Origin: Synechococcus sp.
GTDB taxonomy: Bacteria > Cyanobacteriota > Cyanobacteriia > PCC-6307 > Cyanobiaceae
Reading direction: 5' to 3'
DNA: 64,000 bases
Assembly: GCA_047285535.1 (NCBI GenBank)
Contig: JBJBDC010000001.1
Coordinates: 2,336,136-2,400,135 of the forward strand
The translations under genes and the position numbers were made by a program. A model generated the notes under the pieces. The model searched no databases, had not been told where the DNA came from, and worked only from the letters and a program-made list of their open reading frames with translations. Position 1 is the first letter of the stretch. Every line of letters begins with the position of its first letter. Below, piece by piece: positions 20,364 to 31,076 of the stretch.

Positions 20364-21833
20364 GTGTCTGAACTTCGTGAGACCCGCTTAGAGAAGGCGA
20401 ATGCTCTCAAAGAACAGGGGCAAGAGCCTTATGCACTGCGTTTTGAGCTTTCGAATCGAATGGCTTGCTTGCAAGCCGATCATGCCGATCTCCCCAACGG
20501 AACCGAGCGCGATTTAAAGGTGTCGGTTGCTGGTCGGGTGATGACGCGCCGAGTCATGGGAAAGCTCGCTTTCTTCACGCTGGCGGATGAGACAGGAACC
20601 ATTCAGTTGTTTCTGGAAAAAGCAACGTTGGGAGACAGCTTTGCTCAGCTCAGTTCTCTTGTGGATGCAGGGGATCTCATCGGAGTGCAGGGGATTTTGC
20701 GCCGCACTGATCGGGGTGAATTGTCTGTGAAGGTGAGCGCATGGCAGATGCTCACTAAGTCGCTGCAGCCTCTCCCTGACAAATGGCATGGCCTCGCGGA
20801 TGTGGAGAAGCGCTATCGCCAGCGCTATCTCGATTTGATCGTTACTCCCCAGTCCCGAGAGACGTTTCGGCGGCGGGCGATGACCGTCAGTGCAATTCGC
20901 CGTTGGTTGGATGAACGTGAATTTTTAGAGATTGAGACACCGGTACTCCAGTCGGAAGCCGGAGGGGCTGAGGCTCGACCGTTTGTTACTCATCACAACA
21001 CGCTTGATCTGCCTCTCTACCTCAGGATTGCCACAGAACTCCACCTCAAGCGATTGGTGGTGGGTGGGTTTGAGCGGGTGTACGAGCTCGGACGGATTTT
21101 CCGCAACGAAGGGGTGAGCACACGCCACAACCCTGAATTCACGTCGGTTGAGATCTATCAGGCCTATGCCGACTACACCGACATGATGACGCTCACTGAA
21201 CAGCTGATTTGTTCGGTTTGTCAGCAGGTCTGCGGCACTACACGCATTCGCTATCAAGGAGCGGAAGTGGATCTGACGCCGCCCTGGAGACGCGCCACGA
21301 TGCATGAACTGGTGCAAGAGGCCACTGGGTTTGATTTCAGCTCTTTTGGCGAGCGTGAGGCGGCTGCAGGTGCCATGCAGGCAGCGGGTCTTCCTACGCC
21401 GGATAAGGCCGATACGGTTGGACGGCTTTTGAACGAAGCGTTTGAGCACGCGGTGGAACCGAATCTGATCCAGCCCACGTTTGTGCTCGATTACCCCAAG
21501 GAGATTTCACCCCTGGCGCGTCAACACCGCAGCAAACCCGGATTGGTGGAACGGTTTGAACTGTTCATTGTTGGTCGAGAAACCGCCAATGCTTTCAGCG
21601 AGCTGACGGATCCTTTGGATCAAAGGAGTCGGCTGGAGCTCCAGCAGGAACGTCGTGCAGCTGGAGATGTGGAAGCTAATGGTGTGGATGAGGATTTCAT
21701 TCAGGCCCTGGAGGTAGGGATGCCTCCCACCGGTGGGCTTGGTATCGGGATTGATCGATTGGTGATGCTGCTTACCGACAGCCCTTCCATTCGGGATGTG
21801 ATCGCCTTTCCACTTTTGCGGCCAGAGGGGTGA
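20364..21833 (+). CDS. lysS: Lysine--tRNA ligase
   Basis: [41 protein letters not shown]. Confidence 0.97.
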   Translation: MSELRETRLEKANALKEQGQEPYALRFELSNRMACLQADHADLPNGTERDLKVSVAGRVMTRRVMGKLAFFTLADETGTIQLFLEKATLGDSFAQLSSLVDAGDLIGVQGILRRTDRGELSVKVSAWQMLTKSLQPLPDKWHGLADVEKRYRQRYLDLIVTPQSRETFRRRAMTVSAIRRWLDEREFLEIETPVLQSEAGGAEARPFVTHHNTLDLPLYLRIATELHLKRLVVGGFERVYELGRIFRNEGVSTRHNPEFTSVEIYQAYADYTDMMTLTEQLICSVCQQVCGTTRIRYQGAEVDLTPPWRRATMHELVQEATGFDFSSFGEREAAAGAMQAAGLPTPDKADTVGRLLNEAFEHAVEPNLIQPTFVLDYPKEISPLARQHRSKPGLVERFELFIVGRETANAFSELTDPLDQRSRLELQQERRAAGDVEANGVDEDFIQALEVGMPPTGGLGIGIDRLVMLLTDSPSIRDVIAFPLLRPEG

Positions 21834-21877
21834 TCCGTCAGAATGGATAATTAAACCAGTGGCAGGATCCAATTCTC

Positions 21878-22141
21878 ATGAGTGGTGAGCGCGTAGGTTT
21901 CCGCTTCAAGCACACCGATGCGGTGGTCAAGCGCAATCCGCAGGGTAGATCCCGTCGCGGATGGGTGATGGAGCCGGTGGAGCAGACCACGAGCAGAGGC
22001 ACAAAGATGCCCGCTTACCGAATCCGCTGGCGTGACAGTGAGCGTCCTGAGATTGTCTTGCAGCACATGCTGATCGCTGATCCAGACCCCACACCTCCGC
22101 CTGAAAACGTCAGCCTTGAGCCTCCTGCTCCAAAGGCCTGA
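21878..22141 (+). CDS. Hypothetical protein (87 aa, basic, beta-rich)
   Basis: Fills the gap after lysS; ATG start; Pro-rich tail. Confidence 0.7.
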   Translation: MSGERVGFRFKHTDAVVKRNPQGRSRRGWVMEPVEQTTSRGTKMPAYRIRWRDSERPEIVLQHMLIADPDPTPPPENVSLEPPAPKA

Positions 22142-22157
22142 TGGCTCGCAAGCTCAA

Positions 22158-22643
22158 TTAGTTGAGGCCTGTCTTGCGTCTTAGCTCTTCGAGTTCTTGC
22201 TTGGCTTCGAACAGCGCCCAATCTTCATCAAGGGTTCGTTTTGATGAAGATCGTTGTTCTTGCTTTTGAAGGTTTTGTAGCTGCTGTTCGAGTTCGTCGA
22301 ACTGAATGCCAAGGGCCTCGAACTCTTCCCAGAGTTCACGACCTTGCTGCATCAGAGCCTCAACATGCTGTTGAGCACGGTTTGCCAGTTCAAAAGCGCC
22401 GGCAGAGTGTGCCTTGAGACCACGATTCCTCCAGGCTTGCACCTGTTCGGCAAGCGTGAGCAACTGTCGGCGCAATTCGCGCGCGCGGACCTGTTGTTGC
22501 TCTCGACGATTGTTCAGATCTCGTTGGCGGTCTTGTAAATGCTGCTCGCGCAACAGTTTCTCTTGGCTCGGATTGCTTTTGAGAAAGTGTTCCAGCCGTT
22601 CTTCCAGACTGCGTTCCAGGTTGTCCAGCCAGGTGGGACTCAT
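22158..22643 (-). CDS. Coiled-coil protein associated with egtBD (hercynine metabolism protein family)
   Basis: Heptad-rich; last gene of the egtB-egtD operon; PspA-like segment AWRNRGLKAHSAGAFELANRA. Confidence 0.8.
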   Translation of the reverse strand: MSPTWLDNLERSLEERLEHFLKSNPSQEKLLREQHLQDRQRDLNNRREQQQVRARELRRQLLTLAEQVQAWRNRGLKAHSAGAFELANRAQQHVEALMQQGRELWEEFEALGIQFDELEQQLQNLQKQEQRSSSKRTLDEDWALFEAKQELEELRRKTGLN

Positions 22644-22873
22644 GGGATTTGGTCGGGTGCGCGCGTGATCAGTGGGGCTTCGATTTCCAGCTCAAGAGGA
22701 CTGATGGCGCCCTCTCTTGAACGCAGCAACAGCTGCGTGAGGCGGGCCATTGAGCCTTCGCCAAGTTCTTGTGTCCCCAGGCGATCAAAGGCGTTGCGGT
22801 AGACCTTTTCCAGCTCTTCCATCAAGGTTTCTCGTTGCCTACGGACCGTGGCCCGTTGTTCTTCACGACTCAT
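22640..22873 (-). CDS. Small protein associated with egtBD (hercynine metabolism small protein)
   Basis: 77 aa, ARLTQLLLRSREGA; overlaps the downstream gene. Confidence 0.8.
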   Translation of the reverse strand: MSREEQRATVRRQRETLMEELEKVYRNAFDRLGTQELGEGSMARLTQLLLRSREGAISPLELEIEAPLITRAPDQIP

Positions 22874-22898
22874 GGCAGCAGGGATGAAGGTCTGGATC

Positions 22899-23867
22899 TC
22901 AGTCTGGCGTTTCTAGAAGATGCAGAGAGAGATCATCCTCTGGATCATGCCAGCGGCGCACCCAACGCCATCCCGCCTGTTGCGCTAGCGCAAGAGCACG
23001 TTCAGGGCTGTATTTGAGGCTGCACTCGGTGATCAGTGGTTCATTGCGTTTGAAAGTCCAGCTCTCACCTGCGATCGTGATGGTCTGTTCGCAGCTGCTG
23101 ATCAACGCCATCTGCACGCGCTGTTGCTCAGCTTGCCAGCGTGCTTGGTATTGAAAGCATGCGGGATCAAAATTGGCTCCTAGATCGGTATTCAGGCGAC
23201 ACAGCAAGTTGCGTGCGAAGGCTGCTGAAATTCCAGCAGCATCGTTATAGGCGGCTTCGAGTCGGACCTGGCTTTTGGGTTGGTCGAGGCCAAGAAGGAG
23301 AGGTCCTCCGTTCAGTAATTGTCTGAAATGGCGTAGCACTCTGACGGCATCATGCTCTTCAAAATTGCCGAGTGAGCTGCCTGGAAAGAAACCGATGAGT
23401 CTCTTGTTGGAGAGGAATCGGTGTGCTGGTAATGCAGCAAGTGTGCTGTGATCACAACAGATTCCCAGCATCGAGACCTCAGGGTGGCGTTGCTGCAGGG
23501 CCGAAGTGGCCTGGCGTAGATGGTCAGCACTGATGTCGAGGGCCACATAGGCCGAAGGGTGAGCGGCTTCGAGAAGAGGTCCCACCTTTTGGGCGCTACC
23601 AGCGCCGAATTCAACGATCACACCTTCACCGATGGCCGTCGCGATGTCATGGGCACAAGACTTGAGCAGAGCGATTTCAATGCGTGTGAGGCTGTATTCG
23701 GGTTGCTCACAAATGCGATCGAAGAGGCGGGAGCCTTCCGCGTCGTAAAGAAACCAGGCCGGGAGTTGGCGCGGGTGACGGTTGAGCCCGATCCGGACGA
23801 GATGTTCCATATCCGCCGCTTGCGGATGGAGGTCAATGAGTTCGATCTGTTGAGAGGTGGTGGTCAT
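22899..23867 (-). CDS. egtD: L-histidine N-alpha-methyltransferase
   Basis: LYDAEGSRLF, PEYSLTR, EFGAGSAQK, FPGSSLGNF, AYND..G, TECSLKY. Confidence 0.93.
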   Translation of the reverse strand: MTTTSQQIELIDLHPQAADMEHLVRIGLNRHPRQLPAWFLYDAEGSRLFDRICEQPEYSLTRIEIALLKSCAHDIATAIGEGVIVEFGAGSAQKVGPLLEAAHPSAYVALDISADHLRQATSALQQRHPEVSMLGICCDHSTLAALPAHRFLSNKRLIGFFPGSSLGNFEEHDAVRVLRHFRQLLNGGPLLLGLDQPKSQVRLEAAYNDAAGISAAFARNLLCRLNTDLGANFDPACFQYQARWQAEQQRVQMALISSCEQTITIAGESWTFKRNEPLITECSLKYSPERALALAQQAGWRWVRRWHDPEDDLSLHLLETPD

Positions 23868-25072
23868 TGGGCCAGGCGAAGGCCAGCCGCCATCCAGCGG
23901 CTGGAGGGAGCAAAAAAATTGCGGTAGGTGTTACGGGCATGCCCATGTGGTGTGAGCTGGCTGCTGCCGCGCAATACAAACTGAGAGGTCATGAATTTGC
24001 CGTTGTATTCACCGATGGCCCCTGTGGTTGCTTGAAATCCTGGATAGGGCCGATAAGGACTAGAGGTCCATTGCCAAAGCTCGGCGTGGCTTTGCAGGAG
24101 CTGAAGCCCATGCTCTTGTGCAGCCACCTCCCATTCGGCTTCTGTGGGCAGGTGGGCTCCAGCCCACCGTGCGTAGGCATCGGCCTCAAACCAGCTCAGA
24201 TGGCGAACAGGACGATGGACGTCCAGGGGGCAGCGTCCTGCCAGGGTGAACTCCCAGTCCCAGGTTGTTTGGTCTGGCTGTGTTTTGCGCCAATAACAAG
24301 GTGCCTGCCATTGATGTTCTGATCGCTGGGCCCAACCTTCACTCATCCAAAGTTCGGGTCGCTCATATCCCCCGTCATCGATAAAAGCGGCAAACTCACC
24401 GTTGCTGACCAAGCGATCCGCCATGGAAAAAGGCTCCAGCCAGACGCGATGTCGTGGTTCTTCATTGTCGAAATGGAAGTCATGGTCTTTGCTGTCGCTG
24501 TTCACTCCGATCTCAACGAGGCCGCCTGCGCAGTCCAGCCAGACGGTTCCCTTCGCTTCTGTGGGAAGCCCTTTTGGTTCTTGCCAATTTGCTCGATAGG
24601 CAGGCTCCAGGGGCTGACGACTGAAGCCATCCAACACATCCATCAACATCAGCTCTTGATGCTGTTGTTCATGCTGGAGTCCCAGTTCTACAAGATCTAG
24701 CAATGAGGCATCGTTGCTGCTTTTGAGAAGATCTTCGAGAGCCTTGTTCACCTTGTGTCGCCAGACGATCACCTCAGTGATCGGCGGTCTGCTGAGCAAC
24801 CCCCTTTGAGGTCTGGGTTGCCGAGGGCCAAGCGCTTCGTAATAGGAATTGAAAAGATAGTTCCAGCGGGGATCTGCTCCTTCATAACCAGGGCAGTGGG
24901 GAGTTAGAACGAAGGTTTCAAAAAACCAGGTGGTGTGAGCGAGATGCCACTTTGGTGGGCTCGCATCGGCCATGCCCTGGAGGCAAAGATCTTCGGCTTC
25001 AAGTGGCTCAATCAAGACCTCGCTGGTGCGTCTCACGTCCATCAGCCGGCTGAGCAGCGTGCCGGAGTCCAT
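23864..25072 (-). CDS. egtB: Ergothioneine biosynthesis sulfoxide synthase
   Basis: DASPPKWHLAHTTWFFE, HEQQHQE iron ligands, FGE-sulfatase C-terminal domain with EYNGKFM. Confidence 0.94.
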   Translation of the reverse strand: MDSGTLLSRLMDVRRTSEVLIEPLEAEDLCLQGMADASPPKWHLAHTTWFFETFVLTPHCPGYEGADPRWNYLFNSYYEALGPRQPRPQRGLLSRPPITEVIVWRHKVNKALEDLLKSSNDASLLDLVELGLQHEQQHQELMLMDVLDGFSRQPLEPAYRANWQEPKGLPTEAKGTVWLDCAGGLVEIGVNSDSKDHDFHFDNEEPRHRVWLEPFSMADRLVSNGEFAAFIDDGGYERPELWMSEGWAQRSEHQWQAPCYWRKTQPDQTTWDWEFTLAGRCPLDVHRPVRHLSWFEADAYARWAGAHLPTEAEWEVAAQEHGLQLLQSHAELWQWTSSPYRPYPGFQATTGAIGEYNGKFMTSQFVLRGSSQLTPHGHARNTYRNFFAPSSRWMAAGLRLAQ

Positions 25073-25168
25073 GGGAGGTTGGTGCACTCAAAATGACCTT
25101 AATGAGATCAAGCTGCGAGTGCTTTCGTACAAGTCCCCCTACCATCAGCCCATCTAGGCCATGTCGTT

Positions 25169-27220
25169 GTGATCGGCACGCTGCTGGCTGAGCGCTATCG
25201 CTTGGATCAATGCCTCACTGCAGAAGAAACTGCACCTCAGGGACACCTTTGGCGTGGAACGGATCTACTGGCCGCAGATGCGCCAGTGGCATTGCGTCAG
25301 CTTCAGGATCCCGAAGCGCAAGAGCGATTTCGTCAGCTCTGGCCAACCATGCAATCTGTGCTCCATCCGCTGATTCCACGCTTCGGGGGACTGCTGGAGG
25401 ATTTGGATTCTCTCTGGTTGGTCAGAGAGTGGCAGGAAGGATCCACTTTTAGTCGAATTCAGCAGCAGCGACGCGAGCGTCAGCTGGTGTTTGGTACCGG
25501 TGAAGTTCTCCTGCTCTTGCGTCAACTTCTGCCGGTTTTAGGAGTACTCCATGCCAAGGGTCTGGTCCATGGAGATATCAATCCGAGCAATCTTCTTCGC
25601 CGAGATCAGGATGGATTGCCGGTTGTGTTGGACTTTGGCCTTCTCCAGCGCCTAGGCGAGGAGCCGATCTTGGGAGCCACGGCGGTCTATGCCCCAAGGG
25701 GTCAAGGTCGTGGAGAGAAGGCCGCCCCGTGGATGGATTTGCATGCCTTGGGTGTTACGGCATTGACGCTGTTGAGCGGTCGTCCTTCAGAGGCGTTGCT
25801 GCCGCCGGATGCCAGCGCATGCCAGTGCCCCCCTGAGCTGGATCTCCATGAGGGGTTCCGTGATGTGTTGGAACGGCTGCTCAGTGAAGCGCCAGGTCGT
25901 CGTTTTGACCAAGCCGCAGAGGTTTTGCAGGCTCTGAAAAAGGTTCCAATGCCGGATTCGACCGGTCCAACGCCGAGTTCCACTCGGACGGTCGTGCTTG
26001 CGCCTGTTGTTCTGGATTCTCCTGAACTTCCCGCCTTGGATTCGCAGGTAGTCGCTTCCGCTTCGTCTGAGCCCCGCCGCCGTCAGCGCGCTGAGGAGCG
26101 CCAAGAGGCTGCGGAAGGACGCTTGTGGCCGGTGGTGCTTGCCCTGTTGTTGTCAGCTGTGGTTGGCACCGTGATTGGCTGGTTTTTGCTGAGCCGCGGC
26201 AATGCTCCAGCCGGCGTGCCCTCCACAGAACGAGATGTGGTGGGCCGTTCACCAACGGCCAGCCTTCCCCCGGCAGAGGTGGATCAGCGTCAGCAACTGT
26301 TGAGTCGTCTTCGGGCTTTGCAGGTGGATCGCAGTTGGTTCTTGCAGCTTGTGGATGCCAGTTTGCTAGCCCGTTTCCCCGAACGCAGCGGCCGTTTGCC
26401 CAGTGATTCCCTGGAAGATGCTCCTTTGCGGAAGGTCTGGAACGAGTTGGCTGACGAATGGCTGGCCAGGGTGGAGCAGCTCCCTCCCGCTCTGCGCAGC
26501 CGATTGGGACAGCTGGATCCTAAGGATTGGCAGACGCAGCGCCAGGCACTGGTTGCTCAAGGCGTGAATGAGAGGGTGGTGGAGCAGCTGGTTTCTGTGG
26601 CTGCGAAAACTCTTTTGCCTGGCGTTCCCACTGGGACGAAGCCACCAGAACCCTTCCGTCAGCTCTGGTATGCAGCTGCCTTGCGCAGCCTGGAGGAGGT
26701 TCAAATTGAAAAGGTGAAGGCAGGGGCTGAGAGGGCCACGGTGCTTTCAAGTCGGGTTCCAGCTGATAGCGCCCGTCTGATTTCGATTCAGGTTCCGCCT
26801 GGCCGTCGGCTGGTGCTTGGAATTAACGGAACGCCCTTGATGCAGATGACTGTCTACGGAGCCGATGGCTCTGTGGCTGCTGAACGTGGTCCATTGAGGG
26901 TGGTCACCCTGCCGCCGGAAGTGGGCACGCCTGTGCAGGTGCTTGTGACGAATGAAGGAGTGTCTTCCGGGATCCTTACACTCTCTTGTCGGGCGGATCG
27001 TCCAATCCCGAAGCCCTTGCCCAAGGTGGATCCAAATCCGATTGCTGATCCTGCGACTGGAGCAAGAGGTCCAGTGGAGGCATTGCCTGAGCCTCCGGGA
27101 CCGAAGCCAGCAGGGATTGCGGAGGACTCTCCTGAACCGGAGGTCAATCCAAAACAAGACGTTTTGAACCCAACCGAGCAGACCAGCGATCCAATCATGG
27201 ATGACACTCAGACGCCTTAA
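25169..27220 (+). CDS. Membrane-anchored Ser/Thr protein kinase-like protein
   Basis: RYRL, HGDINPSN, LDFG, DLHALG; single TM near aa 320-341; Pro-rich C-terminus. Confidence 0.82.
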   Translation: MIGTLLAERYRLDQCLTAEETAPQGHLWRGTDLLAADAPVALRQLQDPEAQERFRQLWPTMQSVLHPLIPRFGGLLEDLDSLWLVREWQEGSTFSRIQQQRRERQLVFGTGEVLLLLRQLLPVLGVLHAKGLVHGDINPSNLLRRDQDGLPVVLDFGLLQRLGEEPILGATAVYAPRGQGRGEKAAPWMDLHALGVTALTLLSGRPSEALLPPDASACQCPPELDLHEGFRDVLERLLSEAPGRRFDQAAEVLQALKKVPMPDSTGPTPSSTRTVVLAPVVLDSPELPALDSQVVASASSEPRRRQRAEERQEAAEGRLWPVVLALLLSAVVGTVIGWFLLSRGNAPAGVPSTERDVVGRSPTASLPPAEVDQRQQLLSRLRALQVDRSWFLQLVDASLLARFPERSGRLPSDSLEDAPLRKVWNELADEWLARVEQLPPALRSRLGQLDPKDWQTQRQALVAQGVNERVVEQLVSVAAKTLLPGVPTGTKPPEPFRQLWYAAALRSLEEVQIEKVKAGAERATVLSSRVPADSARLISIQVPPGRRLVLGINGTPLMQMTVYGADGSVAAERGPLRVVTLPPEVGTPVQVLVTNEGVSSGILTLSCRADRPIPKPLPKVDPNPIADPATGARGPVEALPEPPGPKPAGIAEDSPEPEVNPKQDVLNPTEQTSDPIMDDTQTP

Positions 27221-27232
27221 AAGAACCTGTAG

Positions 27233-27727
27233 TCAGTAACGCGCAATGGCTGCTCGCGTTTCTTTCTTGACTTGTTTCTCTTTTGCAGCGGCGCGTTTGT
27301 CATGCAGCTTGCGCCCCTTGCCCAATCCGATCGTCACCTTGATCCATGATCCCTGTAGATGCAAATTGAGCGGAATGAGCGCGAGCCCCTTTTGCTCGAG
27401 GTGACCGCGTAACTTGTTGATTTCTCGGCGATGAGCGAGTAAGCGCCTCACCCTGAGAGGGTCGTGATTGAAATAGCGGCTGGCATGGCTGTGCGGGGAG
27501 ATGTGCACGTTGTGAAGGAGTAGTTCGCCTTTCCTGATCAGGCAGAAGCCATCGCGGAGATTGGCTTGTCCTGCGCGCACAGACTTCACCTCTGTACCCA
27601 GAAGTTCGATTCCCGTTTCTAGGGTTTCAAGGATCTCGTACTGGTGCCTCGCCAGTCGGTTATCGGCTAGCAGGCGATTCGCTGCTGCCCTTGCCGCTGC
27701 ACTCTTCTTGCCACCTCCCTTTCCCAT
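27233..27727 (-). CDS. smpB: SsrA-binding protein
   Basis: [31 protein letters not shown]. Confidence 0.96.
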   Translation of the reverse strand: MGKGGGKKSAAARAAANRLLADNRLARHQYEILETLETGIELLGTEVKSVRAGQANLRDGFCLIRKGELLLHNVHISPHSHASRYFNHDPLRVRRLLAHRREINKLRGHLEQKGLALIPLNLHLQGSWIKVTIGLGKGRKLHDKRAAAKEKQVKKETRAAIARY

Positions 27728-27790
27728 CTCGCGTCAGGCCTTAGGCCGATCGGTCTCCCGACCCTATCCAGCTATCGGTACCCTGCAACC

Positions 27791-28870
27791 ATGGCGATTG
27801 TTTCTTCCAACGCTGGATCTCCGTCGGGAGCCCCCCGACAAAAGCGATCTCGAGTGGTCGATGGATCGCGTCAGGCCGATGACGCGGCTGAGTTGAGTTC
27901 TGTCAAGGAAGATGGCCTGAGGCCGCGTCGCTTGGACGATTACATCGGCCAGTGCGAGCTCAAGCAAGTGCTTGGCATTGCGATTCAGGCGACAATGGGG
28001 CGAGGCGAGGCCCTGGACCATGTTTTGCTCTATGGCCCTCCCGGGCTAGGTAAAACCACTATGGCGATGGTGCTGGCTGAAGAGCTGGGCGTGACTTGCC
28101 GGATCACCAGCGCTCCGGCTCTGGAGCGCCCTCGAGACATCGTCGGCCTGCTCGTGAATCTTCAGCCACGTGAGGTTTTGTTTATTGATGAAATCCATCG
28201 ATTGACCCGTGTTGCGGAAGAGCTCCTGTATCCGGCGATGGAGGATCGCCGCTTGGACCTCACGGTGGGCAAGGGCAGTACTGCTCGTACCCGTGCCTTG
28301 GAGTTGCCGCCATTCACCCTTGTGGGTGCCACCACCCGGGCGGGTGCGCTGAGTTCTCCTCTGCGCGATCGTTTCGGGCTGATTCAGCGCCTTGAGTTTT
28401 ATGGACAGGATGATCTGCAAGCAATCGTGATGCGGGCTGCTGGTCTCTTAGAGCTGCAGCTCTCCTCCGAGGCCTGTGCTGAGATTGCCCGTCGCTGTAG
28501 AGGAACGCCAAGAATTGCGAATCGTCTGTTGAGAAGGGTGCGCGATGTGGCCTGTGTGCGTGCAGTCTCTGGTTGTATCGATCTGCATTTGGTTGATGAA
28601 GCGCTCACGCTTCATCGCGTTGATGGCAGGGGGCTCGATGCCAGTGACAGGCGATTGTTGGAGCTATTGCTTCAGTCCCACGGAGGTGGCCCCGTGGGTC
28701 TTGAGACCTTGGCCGCGGCGCTTGGTGAGGACCCCACCACCCTTGAAGCGGTTGTGGAGCCCTATTTGCTCCAACTCGGGTTCCTGCGTCGCACTCCTCG
28801 TGGACGCGTGGTGACCGCCGCTGGCCGAGGTCATTTGGGGTGGCCGTTGGAGGAGGGAGATGTGGCATGA
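27791..28870 (+). CDS. ruvB: Holliday junction branch migration helicase RuvB
   Basis: [40 protein letters not shown]. Confidence 0.97.
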   Translation: MAIVSSNAGSPSGAPRQKRSRVVDGSRQADDAAELSSVKEDGLRPRRLDDYIGQCELKQVLGIAIQATMGRGEALDHVLLYGPPGLGKTTMAMVLAEELGVTCRITSAPALERPRDIVGLLVNLQPREVLFIDEIHRLTRVAEELLYPAMEDRRLDLTVGKGSTARTRALELPPFTLVGATTRAGALSSPLRDRFGLIQRLEFYGQDDLQAIVMRAAGLLELQLSSEACAEIARRCRGTPRIANRLLRRVRDVACVRAVSGCIDLHLVDEALTLHRVDGRGLDASDRRLLELLLQSHGGGPVGLETLAAALGEDPTTLEAVVEPYLLQLGFLRRTPRGRVVTAAGRGHLGWPLEEGDVA

Positions 28871-29676
28871 GTTTTGATCTCAGGCGTTGTTTTGTATCTG
28901 TGCTGGTTGCCGCAGGCATCGTGGTTGCCCTTGGAGCCGATCCGGTCCTTGCTCAATCGCTTCCCAAGGATCAGCATCATGAGCTGTTTGACCAGGCCCT
29001 GCGCTTCAGCCGTCAGGGCAATCCAGAGCAGGCATTGGTGAGTTGGGATCGGGTGCTGGAGCTGGCCCCAGACGATGCTGCGGCTTGGAGCAATCGCGGC
29101 AATGTTCGTCTCGTCTTAGGCGACACGGAGGGGGCGATCGCAGATCAAACCAGGGCCATCGAACTTGCGCCAATGGAAGCTGATCCCCATCTGAATCGAG
29201 GCACGGCTGAAGAGGCATTGCAGCGATGGTCAGAGGCTGAACAGGATTACAACTGGATTTTGAAACGGGATCCTCAGGATGCTTCGGCGCTTTACAACCT
29301 CGGCAATGTGCGCGGCTCTGAAGGCGACTGGGAATCTGCTGAACATCTTTATCGGCTTGCCTCTGAGGCCCGTCCTGGTTTTGCGATGGCACGCTCCAGC
29401 AGGGCACTGGCCTTGTATCAATTGGATGCGGTTGCTGAGGCTGAGCGTGAGATGCGCAATTTGATTCGCCGTTATCCGATGTTTGCCGATGCCCGAGCCG
29501 GTTTGAGTGCCCTGCTCTGGATCCGTGGCTCCCATGGTGAAGCAGAAAGCAACTGGGCCGCTGCAGCAGGCTTGGATCCGAGTTATCGCGATGCTGATTG
29601 GCTTCTTCAGGTGCGTCGCTGGCCGCCACGACCCGTCTCTGACTTACAGCATTTTCTGGCTCTGGAACGTCCATGA
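28867..29676 (+). CDS. TPR-repeat protein with signal peptide
   Basis: Repeated AWSNRGN / HLNRG / ALYNLGN TPR units. Confidence 0.88.
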   Translation: MSFDLRRCFVSVLVAAGIVVALGADPVLAQSLPKDQHHELFDQALRFSRQGNPEQALVSWDRVLELAPDDAAAWSNRGNVRLVLGDTEGAIADQTRAIELAPMEADPHLNRGTAEEALQRWSEAEQDYNWILKRDPQDASALYNLGNVRGSEGDWESAEHLYRLASEARPGFAMARSSRALALYQLDAVAEAEREMRNLIRRYPMFADARAGLSALLWIRGSHGEAESNWAAAAGLDPSYRDADWLLQVRRWPPRPVSDLQHFLALERP

Positions 29677-30848
29677 CGATCACCACTGCTTCTCTCAACC
29701 AACGGCTTGAGGCGATCTTGCCTGAGTTGATTGAACTACGACGTCATCTGCATGCCCATCCGGAATTGAGTGGGGAAGAGCATCAGACTGCGGCACTCAT
29801 TGCCGGAGAGTTGCGGCAGTGCGGCTGGCGTGTTCGGGAAGGGGTGGGTCGTACGGGTGTGTTGGCGCAGCTCGGGCCTGAGAGTGGGCCACAATTGGGT
29901 TTGCGGGTGGATATGGATGCTCTTCCCGTGGAAGAACGCACGGGGTTGCCCTATGCCTCCCGTCAACAAGGTGTGATGCATGCCTGCGGTCATGATCTGC
30001 ACAGTTGTATTGGGTTGGGTGTTGCTCGCTTGTTGGCGCAGGAGTCGTCGTTGCCTGTAGGGATGCGATTGCTGTTTCAGCCGGCTGAGGAGCTCGCCCA
30101 GGGAGCCCGCTGGATGCGCGCTGATGGCGCGACCGATGGGCTCACGGCTTTATTTGGCGTGCATGTGTTCCCAGAACTGCCGGTGGGCTCCATCGGGGTA
30201 CGAAGCGGCAGCTTGACGGCCGCCGCTGGAGAACTGGAAATCGAAGTGATCGGTGAAGGTGGTCACGGGGCCAGACCCCATCAATCGGTGGATGCCATTT
30301 GGATCGCATCTCGGCTGGTCACGGGATTGCAGGAGGCGATCAGTCGTCGGTTGGATGCTCTGCATCCGGTGGTGATCAGTTTTGGGACAATCGAAGGTGG
30401 AAAGGCCTTCAATGTGATTGCGGATCGAGTCACCCTCCTCGGAACGGTTCGCTGCCTTTGCGCAGATCTCCATGAACGACTACCGGGCTGGATTGAGGAG
30501 ACGGTCCAGGCCATCTGTGCAGGCTTTGGAGCTCAAGCTCGAGTTCGCTACCGCTGCATCGCGCCTCCGGTGCGAAATGATCATGGGCTCACGGCTTTGC
30601 TAGAGGGCATTGCGATCGAGCAGTTGGGGGCAGAACAGGTGCAACGGCTCGAACAACCCTCACTCGGTGCTGAGGATTTTGCCGAACTTTTGCAGGATGT
30701 TCCTGGCAGCATGTTTCGTTTGGGGGTAGCAGGTCCTGAGGGATGCGCTCCGCTGCACAACGGTTATTTCAATCCTGAGGAACAGGCTCTGGGAGTGGGC
30801 GTGAAGGTGTTGACCGCAGCAATGTTGGCTTGGACTCCCGTCTTATGA
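29673..30848 (+). CDS. M20D amidohydrolase (N-acyl-L-amino acid amidohydrolase type)
   Basis: RRHLHAHPELS, RVDMDALP, MHACGHD, FQPAEE, GAEDF. Confidence 0.93.
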   Translation: MTITTASLNQRLEAILPELIELRRHLHAHPELSGEEHQTAALIAGELRQCGWRVREGVGRTGVLAQLGPESGPQLGLRVDMDALPVEERTGLPYASRQQGVMHACGHDLHSCIGLGVARLLAQESSLPVGMRLLFQPAEELAQGARWMRADGATDGLTALFGVHVFPELPVGSIGVRSGSLTAAAGELEIEVIGEGGHGARPHQSVDAIWIASRLVTGLQEAISRRLDALHPVVISFGTIEGGKAFNVIADRVTLLGTVRCLCADLHERLPGWIEETVQAICAGFGAQARVRYRCIAPPVRNDHGLTALLEGIAIEQLGAEQVQRLEQPSLGAEDFAELLQDVPGSMFRLGVAGPEGCAPLHNGYFNPEEQALGVGVKVLTAAMLAWTPVL

Positions 30849-31075
30849 GCCGTCAAACCACGACGCGGATCTATATCTTGTTGTCACTTGCGGCACCGTT
30901 GATGGTGCTGCTCGGCGTTGTGGCGATGCTGCAGCGAGAGGGCACCGACCGATGGCAGGCTCTTCCTGCCATTGTTGTGGGATCTGGTTTGGTGATCCAT
31001 GCAGTGGTGGGTCGTCGTCACCGGCGCCATCAGTTGTTGATTGCCTTGCGCAGCATCCGTTCTCAGGAGGATTGA
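30845..31075 (+). CDS. Small two-TM membrane protein (DUF3188-like)
   Basis: Two hydrophobic helices and a basic tail; ATGA overlap with the upstream gene. Confidence 0.7.
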   Translation: MSRQTTTRIYILLSLAAPLMVLLGVVAMLQREGTDRWQALPAIVVGSGLVIHAVVGRRHRRHQLLIALRSIRSQED

Positions 31076-31076
31076 G

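Noticed and set aside
27233..27790. tmRNA or integration site next to smpB
   Set aside because: No room and no ssrA-like sequence; smpB lies directly between the kinase and ruvB.
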